This document shows, in pieces, positions 1 through 8,834 of a DNA stretch of 64,000 nt. The notes beneath the pieces were generated by a model, which saw nothing but the letters and a program-made list of their open reading frames with translations, was not told where the DNA came from and searched no databases. Position 1 is the stretch's first letter. Each line of letters starts with the position of its first letter. The position numbers and the translations under genes are program-made. This stretch comes from an uncultured beta proteobacterium (GTDB lineage Bacteria; Pseudomonadota; Gammaproteobacteria; Burkholderiales; SG8-41), in contig CAVOUI010000014.1 in assembly GCA_963699525.1 (NCBI GenBank), forward strand, positions 26,938-90,937. The letters run 5' to 3'.

Positions 1-623
1 CGATGTTGCCGGAGCTCTGGCTCGGCACTCTCGACCTGATCGTGGGCCGGTTGCCGGATGCGCGCGTCGCGCAGGGGCTGAACGAGAAGCCGCTCATGGA
101 GGAAGCGGTGACGCTCGTCGCGGGGCTCCACCATCCGCTCGCGCGGAGGCGGCGCTTGCGGTGGTCCGATCTGGGGGAATTCCCCTGGGTGCTGCCGCCG
201 GTCAACACGCTGCTGCGCGAGCCGCTCGAGCGCGCGTTCGAGCACCACGGCGTGCCGCTGCCGGCGAATCGCATCGAGACGCTTTCGGTGCACGTCATCC
301 GCGCGTACCTCCATTACACGGACGCCATCGCCGCGCTGGCGGAGCACGTGTCGCGATACTATGAGTCGCTCGGCTTGCTCGCGACGCTCCCTCTGGAGCT
401 GCCCCGACTCGCGCGCCCGGTCGGCGCCATCTGGAGCCGGCAGCGCCCGCTTGCGCCGGCCACGCAAGTGCTGATTCAATGTCTGGAAGAGGCGGCGCGG
501 GCGGGCGCGCGGCCCTCGGAACCGCTGCCGGTGCGCGATCGTGTTGCCGCCGTCGACGGGCCGCTCCATGAAGTTCCGGCTGCCAGAGCAGCAGCCGGTG
601 GAATGAAGAAAGATGAAGGATGA
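1..623 (+). CDS. LysR-family transcriptional regulator, C-terminal substrate-binding domain (5'-truncated by window)
   Basis: LDLIVGRL...HHPLARRRRLRWSDLGEFPWVLP...LPLELP..RPVGAIW..LAPA pattern typical of the LTTR effector domain. Confidence 0.85.
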   Translation, partial: MLPELWLGTLDLIVGRLPDARVAQGLNEKPLMEEAVTLVAGLHHPLARRRRLRWSDLGEFPWVLPPVNTLLREPLERAFEHHGVPLPANRIETLSVHVIRAYLHYTDAIAALAEHVSRYYESLGLLATLPLELPRLARPVGAIWSRQRPLAPATQVLIQCLEEAARAGARPSEPLPVRDRVAAVDGPLHEVPAARAAAGGMKKDEG

Positions 624-1537
624 AGGCGGAGAAGAATACCGTTAGCACCTACCCGGAAAACGCGCCGGATCTCGGCTACAAGCCCGTTCCCGACATCTTC
701 AAGCTGCCGCAGGGCATGAACTTCGGGCCGTGCTCGAGCGTCGCGGTGACGCGGAAGGGCAACATCCTCGTCTTCAACCGCAGCGAGCACGCGTTGATGG
801 AGTTCGATGGGCGCGGCCGCTACCTGCGCTCGCTCGCCAACGGCGTATTCACCCTGCCGCATGGGCTGCGCGTGGACGCGGAGGACAACATCTGGGCGAC
901 CGACACCGGCTCGCACATCGTCGTGAAGATGGACCCGAAGGGCCGCATCCTCATGGTGCTGGGCATCCGGGGCAACTCGGGCGAATGGCATCCGGCCGGC
1001 CACCTGCGCTGCTTCAACGAGCCCAACGACGTCGCATTCGGGCCGAGGGGCGAGATCTACGTCAGCCAGGGCCACGGCAAGGGCGAGTCGCGCCTGCACA
1101 AGTTCGACGCCGAGGGCAATTTCCTCAAGACCTGGGGCGGGGAGGGCGCCGGCCCCGGCGAGTTCAAGCAGCCGCACTCGATCGTCACCGATGCGAGTGG
1201 CAGCGTCTACGTCGCCGACCGCTCGAACCAGCGCATCCAGGTATTCGACGGCGACGGCGCGTTTATCCGCGAGCGCAAGCACCCCGGCACGCCGTGCGGG
1301 CTCGCGATGTGCCGCGACGGGAAGCACATGATGCTGGCGCACGGCCACGCCGGGAAGATCATCAAGCTCGACCTCGACGGCAACGTGCTGGGCGCGACCG
1401 GCGGGCAAGGCAAGGGGCCGAACCGCTACGGCGAGGCGCACTTCCTCGCGCTCGACCGCAGGGAAGACATCTACGTCGCCGATACGCTCAACTGGCGGGT
1501 GCAGAAGCTCGTCAGGCTTTCCCATCGTGGGACATGA
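620..1537 (+). CDS. NHL-repeat beta-propeller protein (peptidyl-alpha-hydroxyglycine lyase-like)
   Basis: Repeated F..PHG/PND/PHS..V..D..G.IYV.D..N.RIQ.F units; ATGA overlap with the LysR stop. Confidence 0.85.
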   Translation: MKAEKNTVSTYPENAPDLGYKPVPDIFKLPQGMNFGPCSSVAVTRKGNILVFNRSEHALMEFDGRGRYLRSLANGVFTLPHGLRVDAEDNIWATDTGSHIVVKMDPKGRILMVLGIRGNSGEWHPAGHLRCFNEPNDVAFGPRGEIYVSQGHGKGESRLHKFDAEGNFLKTWGGEGAGPGEFKQPHSIVTDASGSVYVADRSNQRIQVFDGDGAFIRERKHPGTPCGLAMCRDGKHMMLAHGHAGKIIKLDLDGNVLGATGGQGKGPNRYGEAHFLALDRREDIYVADTLNWRVQKLVRLSHRGT

Positions 1538-2675
1538 TGGCCACCACGGCGGGACGGGTCGAGCGGTTGCTCCAGGCGTGGTTGGTGCCGCGCTGGATCA
1601 CGAACTCACCCGCCTTGAGCTTCACTTCCTGGGTGTCCAGCACCAGCACGATCTCCCCTTCGAGCACGATGCAGAAATCGAGCGTGCGCGTCTTTTGCAT
1701 GTAGGGGTGCGGAGCGAGCGGGGAATAGGTGGACGCGCCGGGCGAGCCCATGGCACGGAAGAACGCCTGGACCTCGCGCGCGCCCACCTTGCCTTTCCAG
1801 CCGTCGTCGGGCGGGAATGTCTCGACGCGGCAGACTGAGCCGCGAGCCGGCGGCTCGAACGTGTGCGGCAGCTGCAGCGTTTCGTAGACGATCTTCGCTG
1901 GCGTGCTGTCGGTGACCCACAGGCGCGCGCAAGCATAGCCCGGCCGGGCGGGATCGGTGCGCACATCGGGCGCCGGGCCGTCGCCCACCAGGGTGGATCG
2001 TCCCGGCTCGCGGTCGATCGTGACGATTCTGCGCGTGGGCTTCACGCCCGCCGGAAGCTTCGGCGCGGCGCGCATCGGCATGTCCTTTCCCTGGGCGAGC
2101 CCCTGCGGCCCGTCGACGAAGCGCGCGGCGATCATGTCGAAGGCCATCATCGCCCCCTTCGGCATGACCCACTGGTGCCAGGCGCCGACCTGGATCACGA
2201 CGTCGCCCGGCTTCATCACGAGCTTGCGGTCGTCGAGGATGAGCTCGCGCTCGCCGGCGAGCACGATGCCGTAGTCCACGGTCTCGGTCTTGTGCATGGC
2301 CGAGGAGTAGGCGTTGTTGCCGCCGCGGTCCCACGTTCCGCGGGCTCCCGGCCGGGGCTTCGGCGGGTGGGCCGGCACGGCACTCTTGTCCCTGGCCGGG
2401 TCGTAGTTCGCCGGCCGCACGCGCGCCTCGACGACGCGCAGGTGCCCGCCCTCGGGCGGCCCCGCGAAGGCGTACTCGAGTTTCCCGTCGTCGTAGTCCC
2501 CGGAAAGGGGAGCGGGGGAATCCGTCCAGACCCAGAGATCGGTGTGCCCGCGGCCGGTGCCCATCGACGCTTCATGCGCGTTCGGCGCCGGCCCGTCCCA
2601 CACCACCTTCGAATGGCCGCGCGCGTCGTTTCCGGTCACCACGCGCCGGATCGGGGTCAGCTGGACTTCGGATCA
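1512..2675 (-). CDS. Tandem (double) cupin-domain protein
   Basis: Two units: RRVVTG...MHKTETVDYGIV..GDVVIQ.G..HQW and RRIVT...MQKTRTLDFCIV..GEFVIQRGTNHAWSN. The ORF track starts at 2642; the true start is probably the ATG overlapping the upstream stop near 2675, with a 1-nt indel. Confidence 0.8.
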
Positions 2676-3575
2676 TCCGTCATCATTGCGCTTAGGACAG
2701 GTGAATGCCACGGGCGTGCCCTCGCCGTCTGTCGGGCTGTGCCCGAGTCCGATGACCCCGCTCGCGCGCAGCATCAGCTCCTCGCGCCGCAGCACCACTT
2801 CCTCCGCCTCGCCGGCGAAGCGCACCCAGGTGCCGTTCGAGCTGTGATCGGCGAGCACGAACTTGTCGCGCCGCCGCTCGATCCGCGCGTGCTGGCGCGA
2901 GGCCTTGCGGTCGCCGACGACGATATCGCAGCCGCCGTCGCGCCCGATGGAAAACTCGCCGGGCCCCTCGAAGAGCCACTCGCGGCCCTCGCACTTCAGC
3001 ACGAGCCGGGCGAGGCGGCTGTGTTCGGTGCGCGTTCCGAGCGCCGTCAGGTCCTCGCTGTCCTGCCACAGGAACTCGAAGATCGCCACGGCCTGCTGCT
3101 TGCCCTTGACGGGCACGCGGCTCAACTGGCGCGCGCGCTCGGCGAGCGCCGGGGGAAGCTTCTCGACCGTGTCCGCGGTGGTGATGATCTGCCCGACCTT
3201 CGCGACCCCGGCGACGCGCGCGGCGAGGTTCACCGCGTCGCCGTACAGATCGCCCGCTCTTTCGAGCACCGGCCCGAAATGACAGCCGATATGGATGCCG
3301 AGGCCGGGCTGGCCGGGTTCCTGCTGTTCCTCGGTCTTCTCCTGCATCAGGCGCGAGGCGCGCAGGGCGGCATCGGCGGTCTCGAACATGCACATCGCGC
3401 CGTCGCCCGTGTTCTTGATGACCCTGCCGCCGCAGTCCTCGCAGACCCGGGCGAGCATGGACAGCGAGCGCTCCACGACCGCCAGCGCCCGCTCGTCGCC
3501 GATCGTCTCGTAGAGGCGGGTGCTGCCGCTCAGGTCCACGAACAGGACCGCGCGGGTGATGGGGGAGGAGATCAT
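2673..3575 (-). CDS. Class III adenylate cyclase fused to a C-terminal FHA domain
   Basis: LFVDLSGST, IKNTGDG, GDLYGDAVNLAARV cyclase motifs with the ATP-specifying K/D pair; FHA motifs IGR...SRQHA...D.SSNGT; start at MISSPIT (3575). Confidence 0.9.
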   Translation of the reverse strand: MISSPITRAVLFVDLSGSTRLYETIGDERALAVVERSLSMLARVCEDCGGRVIKNTGDGAMCMFETADAALRASRLMQEKTEEQQEPGQPGLGIHIGCHFGPVLERAGDLYGDAVNLAARVAGVAKVGQIITTADTVEKLPPALAERARQLSRVPVKGKQQAVAIFEFLWQDSEDLTALGTRTEHSRLARLVLKCEGREWLFEGPGEFSIGRDGGCDIVVGDRKASRQHARIERRRDKFVLADHSSNGTWVRFAGEAEEVVLRREELMLRASGVIGLGHSPTDGEGTPVAFTCPKRNDDG

Positions 3576-3842
3576 GGGGAAGTTGGCCGCCGCCCAGTAT
3601 AGGACAATCGAGGCCCGGGTCCGCCGCGAGTCAGCGGAGAAAGCGTATTGAGAGGTTTTCGCCGCCGCGCCTAGTTGATTACTACCAGCCCCTGCCTGCC
3701 GGCAAACGATGGGGTTAACGGATCCGGCCGGATTAGTGACAAACGGTGGGAACGGCACTAGTATCCCGCTGACCGAAGCCTCCCGTCGTTTAGAGAGGCT
3801 CGGAGTTGTAACGTCGTCGCTGGAGGGGCAGGGGAAAAGCGC

Positions 3843-4721
3843 TTGCGAATCGTGCTTCCGGTGCACTGGGGGTTCGTCCTGCTCGCCTGTCCTCTGATCG
3901 CGGCGGCGGCGGACCCGCTTCCGACTCTGACGCTGCTCGAGGGGCCGGCCGGGCTCGTGCGCGGCGTGACGCGCTACACGCTCGCGGAGGGCGTGCGGAT
4001 GCAGTCCGGCGACATCATCGAGGTCGGCGATAAGGCGCTCGCGGAAATCGAATTTCCGGACGGCGCCGCGATTTCGTTGGGCGCCGGAACGCGCGTGCTG
4101 ACGGTTTCCATGCCGCGCGGCACGGCCGCCGCCGCGGAATACTACTTGACGCAGGGAGCGCTCAAGGTCTCGGGAGTGAGCAAGGCCGCGCGTTTCCGCA
4201 TCGCGACCCCTGCGCTCATCCTGCAGCCAGTGGAAGGCGTGTCCGTGATGATCGTGCGCGGCGACGAGGGCTCGGTGTTCGTCGAGAGCGGAGCAGCGCG
4301 CCTCACCGCGGGGCCCGCGACGCTCAACCTCAAGAGCGGCGAGTTTTTCGACCGCAGGAGCGGGCAGAAGGGCACCGTCGCGCCGCGCCCGTCCCAGGCG
4401 TTCATTGCCGCGATGCCGAAAGCCTTTTTCGATCCGCTGCCTTCGCGCATGGCGCGCTACAAGGAGCGCGAGGTGCAGCCGAGGCGGGGGGACGACGTGA
4501 GCTACGCGGAAGTCGAGACGTGGCTGAAAGCGCCACCCGCGATTCGCCGCCCGCTGGTCACGCGCTTCGAGCCGCGCGCGTCCGATCCGAAGTTCCGGGC
4601 CGGGTTGGAAGCAAACCTCAGGTTCCACCCGGAGTGGGACCCGATCCTGTACCCGGAAAAGTATGAGTCCACGGAGACCGCGGCGGAGGCGAAGGGCGCC
4701 AAGCCCGCCGCAAAGAAGTGA
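3843..4721 (+). CDS. Exported FecR-like beta-sandwich domain protein
   Basis: Signal peptide (GFVLLACPLIAAAA), GDIIEVG..ALAEIEFPDGAAISLGAGT..LTQGALK..IATP FecR-like pattern; TTG start. Confidence 0.7.
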   Translation: MRIVLPVHWGFVLLACPLIAAAADPLPTLTLLEGPAGLVRGVTRYTLAEGVRMQSGDIIEVGDKALAEIEFPDGAAISLGAGTRVLTVSMPRGTAAAAEYYLTQGALKVSGVSKAARFRIATPALILQPVEGVSVMIVRGDEGSVFVESGAARLTAGPATLNLKSGEFFDRRSGQKGTVAPRPSQAFIAAMPKAFFDPLPSRMARYKEREVQPRRGDDVSYAEVETWLKAPPAIRRPLVTRFEPRASDPKFRAGLEANLRFHPEWDPILYPEKYESTETAAEAKGAKPAAKK

Positions 4722-4745
4722 CGACTGTTTGCTAGGAGGCCCATC

Positions 4746-5621
4746 ATGAAGCTGATCGTCAAGTTCAACCTGGTTTTCATCGTGGTGTTTCTGCTCGGGC
4801 TTGCCGCGGCGGCCACCGTCTCGGATCAGCTTCTGCAGAGGAACGCGCGCGAGGAGATCGTGCTGAACGCGCGCCTGGTGATGGAATCGGCGCTCGCCGC
4901 GCGCGCCTATACCTCGACCCAGGTGGGGCCGCTCCTGCAGACGCAGATGAAGTACAAGTTCCTGCCGCAGTCGGTGCCCGCGTACTCGGCCAACGAGATA
5001 TTCGACGTCGTGCGCAAGAAGTTCCCCGAGTACGCCTACAAGGAGGCGGTGCTCAATCCCACCAACCCGCGCAACCGCGCCAACGACTGGGAGGCGGACA
5101 TCGTCCACCAGTTCCGCAACGCTTCCGACCGGCCGGAGCTGGTCGGCGAGCGCGACACGCCGACCGGACGGTCCTTCTACATCGCGCGCCCGATGCAGAT
5201 CAAGGCGGAGGCCTGCCTCTACTGCCACTCGACGGTGGAAGCCGCGCCCAAGACGCTGGTGGAACAGTACGGCCCGGCCAACGGCTTCGGCTGGAAGATG
5301 AACGAGGTCATCGGCGCGCAGATCGTATCGGTGCCGACCGAGGTGCCGATCGAGCGCGCCAACCGGGCGTTCAAGACCTTCATGGTGTCGCTCACCGCGG
5401 TGTTCGTGTTCATCTTCATCGCGCTGAACCTCATGCTCTGGTACCTGGTGATCCGGCCGGTGACGAAGCTGTCGCGGCTTGCCGACCAGGTGAGCCAGGG
5501 CGAGAATATGGATGCGCCCGACTTCGAGGTGAAGAGCGGCGACGAGATCGGCGTGCTCACGCAATCCTTCAACCGCATGAAGAAGAGCCTGGTGCAGGCG
5601 ATGAAGATGCTCGAGCAGTAG
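4746..5621 (+). CDS. Membrane sensor: TM, DUF3365/Tll0287-like c-type heme domain, TM, HAMP; no output domain
   Basis: Two hydrophobic helices flanking LNPTNPRNRANDWE..CLYCH..GFGWKMNEVIGAQIVSVP; HAMP IRPV..L...ADQVS.G..DEIG.L..SFNRM immediately before the stop. Confidence 0.88.
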   Translation: MKLIVKFNLVFIVVFLLGLAAAATVSDQLLQRNAREEIVLNARLVMESALAARAYTSTQVGPLLQTQMKYKFLPQSVPAYSANEIFDVVRKKFPEYAYKEAVLNPTNPRNRANDWEADIVHQFRNASDRPELVGERDTPTGRSFYIARPMQIKAEACLYCHSTVEAAPKTLVEQYGPANGFGWKMNEVIGAQIVSVPTEVPIERANRAFKTFMVSLTAVFVFIFIALNLMLWYLVIRPVTKLSRLADQVSQGENMDAPDFEVKSGDEIGVLTQSFNRMKKSLVQAMKMLEQ

Positions 5622-5643
5622 CGCGCCTCGAGAACGGACCCTG

Positions 5644-7122
5644 ATGGCGACCCCTCCTCAATCGACGGACGGCCCCCGGCAGCTCGGCAAGTACGCGATT
5701 TCCGAGGTGCTGGGCAAGGGCGCGATGGGGGTGGTCTACAAGGCCTTCGATCCGCACATCCGCCGCACCGTCGCGCTGAAGACCATCCGCCGCGAGGTGG
5801 TGGACGACGATCAGGCCTCCATGCTGCTCGCGCGCTTTCAGAACGAGGCGCAGGCGGGCGGGCGGCTGTCGCATCCCGGCATCGTCGGCGTCTACGAGTG
5901 GGGGGAGACCGGCGACCTGGTCTTTCTCGCGATGGAGTACGTGCAGGGCAACAGCCTGCGCGAGTACTTCAACCGCGGCACGCGCTTCGAGGTCCGCGAC
6001 GCGGTCAGCATCATGGCGCAGCTGCTCGACGCCCTGCACTACGCGCACGAGCAGGGCGTGTGGCATCGCGACATCAAGCCGGCCAACCTCATCATCATGA
6101 ACAACGGCAAGCTGAAGGTCGCGGACTTCGGCATCGCCCGCATCGACACGTCGAACCTCACGCAGGCCGGCGCCGTCCTCGGCACGCCCGGCTACATGGC
6201 GCCGGAGCAGTACAGCGGCGACACCGTCGACTGGCGCGCCGACATCTTCTCCGCCGGGGTGGTGCTCTACCAGCTGCTGACGGGTGTCCGCCCCTTCATC
6301 GGCAATGCGGAGGCGCTCGCCTACAAGATCTGCCACGAGCAGCCGGCCCTTCCGTCGGAGGCCGATCCGGGGCGCTGCACGACGCAGTTCGACGCCGTCG
6401 CGACGAAGGCGCTCGCCAAGCCCCCGGAGGCGCGCTACCAGACCGCGCTGGCGTTCCGGGAGGCGCTGCTCGCAAGCTTCGCCCAGCCGGTCAGTCCCGC
6501 CGTATCGGAAGAGACGATCATCAACGAACCGATCCCGCCCAAGGGATCCCAGGAGGCGTCGCAGCCGTCGCAGCCATCTCACGCCTCGCCGTCGGCCCTG
6601 ACGCCGTCCGCCCCCTCCGCATCCTCCCCGAGCTCGTCGAACCCGGGCGGGAAGACGATCCCGCCCCCCGGATGGGACCCCGCCGTGTTGAAGCAGATCG
6701 AGCAGCAGCTTGCGCGCCTCGTCGGTCCGGTGGCCAAGGTGATGGTGCACCGTGGGGCGAGCGCCACCACCGACATCAGCCGGCTCTACCGCATGCTTGC
6801 GGAAAATCTCGCGAACCCGGACGAGCGCTCGTCGTTCCTTGCCGGACGGCAGAAGCTGCAGGGCGTTGCGCCGCGCGACGCCGAGACGACCGCCGCGCAG
6901 CAGCGGGCGCCCACGACCGGGCTGACGGTGCAGCTCACCGCCGCGGCGATCGAAGAAGCGACCCGGAAGCTGTCGGCGTACCTGGGACCGATTGCGAAGG
7001 TCGTCGCGAAGCGGGCGGCGGCGCAGGCGACGAGCCGCAACCACTTTCATCAGTTGCTCGCCGAGAATCTCACCGATCCCAAGGAGCGCGCCCGATTCCT
7101 GCACGACGTCGGTGCCGGGTGA
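5644..7122 (+). CDS. Hanks-type Ser/Thr protein kinase with S/P-rich linker and two C-terminal helical repeats
   Basis: LGKGAMGVVY, VALK, HRDIKPAN, DFG, GTPGYMAPE, DIFS.G motifs; no transmembrane helix. Confidence 0.95.
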   Translation: MATPPQSTDGPRQLGKYAISEVLGKGAMGVVYKAFDPHIRRTVALKTIRREVVDDDQASMLLARFQNEAQAGGRLSHPGIVGVYEWGETGDLVFLAMEYVQGNSLREYFNRGTRFEVRDAVSIMAQLLDALHYAHEQGVWHRDIKPANLIIMNNGKLKVADFGIARIDTSNLTQAGAVLGTPGYMAPEQYSGDTVDWRADIFSAGVVLYQLLTGVRPFIGNAEALAYKICHEQPALPSEADPGRCTTQFDAVATKALAKPPEARYQTALAFREALLASFAQPVSPAVSEETIINEPIPPKGSQEASQPSQPSHASPSALTPSAPSASSPSSSNPGGKTIPPPGWDPAVLKQIEQQLARLVGPVAKVMVHRGASATTDISRLYRMLAENLANPDERSSFLAGRQKLQGVAPRDAETTAAQQRAPTTGLTVQLTAAAIEEATRKLSAYLGPIAKVVAKRAAAQATSRNHFHQLLAENLTDPKERARFLHDVGAG

Positions 7123-7186
7123 GCGCGACGTGCGGCACCTGATGCGTCATTACCTGCTCTGAAGCACCTACCCAAAGGAGAAAGCC

Positions 7187-7474
7187 ATGGCGACATTCGT
7201 CAGTCTCGTCAATCTCACCGATCAAGGCATACGCAGCGTGAAGGACTCGCCCAAACGGGCGGAGGCCTTCAAGGCGACGGCGAAGAAGCTCGGCGTGACG
7301 GTCAAGGAGGTTTACTGGACCGTGGGCCGCTACGACGTGGTCGTTGTCATGGAGGGCGATGACGAGGCCGTCACGTCCACGCTGCTGAAGATCGGCTCTC
7401 TCGGAAACGTGCGCAGCGAGACCCTGCGCGCATTCTCGGCGGCGGAGATGGGCAGAATCCTCGCCAACGTTTGA
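7187..7474 (+). CDS. GYD-domain protein
   Basis: TDQGIRSVKDSPKRA...YWTVGRYDVV...GNVRSETLRAF; AAGGAG RBS. Confidence 0.85.
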   Translation: MATFVSLVNLTDQGIRSVKDSPKRAEAFKATAKKLGVTVKEVYWTVGRYDVVVVMEGDDEAVTSTLLKIGSLGNVRSETLRAFSAAEMGRILANV

Positions 7475-7513
7475 TCATCACCCGTACTCGTCACCGGATA
7501 TTTCGCCGCGAAA

Positions 7514-8245
7514 TTGAAATACGAGCTCTACTACTGGCCTTCCATCCAGGGCCGCGGCGAATTCATCCGGCTCGCGCTGGAGGAGGGTGCAGCCGACTAC
7601 GTGGACGTCGCGCGGCTGCCGAAATCCGAGGGCGGCGGGGCCGAGGCCGTCAGCCGGATCCTCGAGGACGCGGGCGAAGGGCGGATGCCGTTCGCGCCGC
7701 CGGTACTCAAGGCGGGGAAGCTTCTCGTTTCTCAGACGGCCAACATCCTGCTCTACCTCGGGCCGCGGCTCCGCCTCGTGCCGAAGGCCGAAGCGGCCCG
7801 GCTGTGGGCCCATCAACTGCAGCTCACGCTCGCCGACCTCGTGGTCGAGGCCCACGACACGCATCACCCGATCGCGGGCAGCCTCTATTACGAGGACCAG
7901 AAACCCGAGGCCCTGCGGCGGGCGCAGAATTTCCGGGCGCTGCGGCTGCCGAAGTTCCTCGGCTATTTCGAGCGCGTGCTCGCGGCCCATCCCGGCGGTG
8001 ACCGCTGGTTGATCGGCAAGGCGCTGACCTACGTCGACCTTTCGATGTTCCAGGTGATCGCCGGCCTCTGCTACGCGTTCCCGCGCGCGATGAGTGGAAT
8101 GCCGCGCAAGCATCCGCGGCTGGCGGTGTTGCACCAAAGGGTGCAGGAGCGCCCGCGCATCAAGACCTATCTGGCGTCGAGCCGCCGCATCCCGTTCAAC
8201 GAGCACGGGATCTTCCGCCACTATCCGGAACTGGACGAGGCGTAG
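7514..8245 (+). CDS. Glutathione S-transferase
   Basis: YELYYWPSIQGRGEFIRLALE, FAPP.L, SQTANIL, LTYVDL motifs. Confidence 0.9.
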   Translation: MKYELYYWPSIQGRGEFIRLALEEGAADYVDVARLPKSEGGGAEAVSRILEDAGEGRMPFAPPVLKAGKLLVSQTANILLYLGPRLRLVPKAEAARLWAHQLQLTLADLVVEAHDTHHPIAGSLYYEDQKPEALRRAQNFRALRLPKFLGYFERVLAAHPGGDRWLIGKALTYVDLSMFQVIAGLCYAFPRAMSGMPRKHPRLAVLHQRVQERPRIKTYLASSRRIPFNEHGIFRHYPELDEA

Positions 8246-8343
8246 TATGATGTAGCACTTGTACTGACACCCATTCGCCCGCCGTCCCGCCACTTCGCGA
8301 TTGCCGCCGGAACCCTCACCGGCGCCCCCCAGGAGACCCTGCG

Positions 8344-8541
8344 TTGAGATGCCATCATTGCGGTAAGCTGACCGACGTGCGCACCACCGGCCGGGGTGAG
8401 GAGTTCCTGTATCGCTGCCGGCATTGCCGCGGCTATCACAAGTTCACCAGCGTCGGGCATCACGGCTCTGGCGCCATCCATTACCGGGTCACCAAGGTTG
8501 CCGCGCCCGCGGACGAGGACAGCAAGTCTGCAGTCTCATAG
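8344..8541 (+). CDS. Small putative zinc-ribbon protein (65 aa)
   Basis: CHHC and CRHC pairs; AGGAG RBS 8 nt before the TTG start. Confidence 0.5.
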   Translation: MRCHHCGKLTDVRTTGRGEEFLYRCRHCRGYHKFTSVGHHGSGAIHYRVTKVAAPADEDSKSAVS

Positions 8542-8627
8542 CATTGCGCCGCGCTATACTCGCGGCAGCCGGCCCAGAACCCGCCCCCAAATACGTTTCT
8601 TTCATTCCACCGCTACCGGAGGTTGCC

Positions 8628-8834
8628 ATGCCCGTTGGAACAGTGAAGTGGTTCAACAAGGTGAAGGGTTTCGGCTTCATCCGGCCGGATGACGGCTCGA
8701 AGGACGTCTTCGTGCACATCTCGGCCGTGGAGCGCGCCGGCCTCGGCACGCTCAACGAAGGACAGAAAGTCTCGTTCGATCTCGCCCGCGGCAAGGACGG
8801 CAAGACCTCGGCCGACAACCTCAAGTCGGCCTGA
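8628..8834 (+). CDS. Cold-shock protein (CspA family)
   Basis: [30 protein letters not shown]1/RNP2 motifs; GGAGG RBS. Confidence 0.97.
   Translation: MPVGTVKWFNKVKGFGFIRPDDGSKDVFVHISAVERAGLGTLNEGQKVSFDLARGKDGKTSADNLKSA

Noticed and set aside
2673-5564. 963-aa minus-strand ORF and other long antisense ORFs (for example 38520-41612, 51264-53867)
   Set aside because: Shadow ORFs typical of high-GC DNA; only the 3575-2673 portion has recognisable domains.
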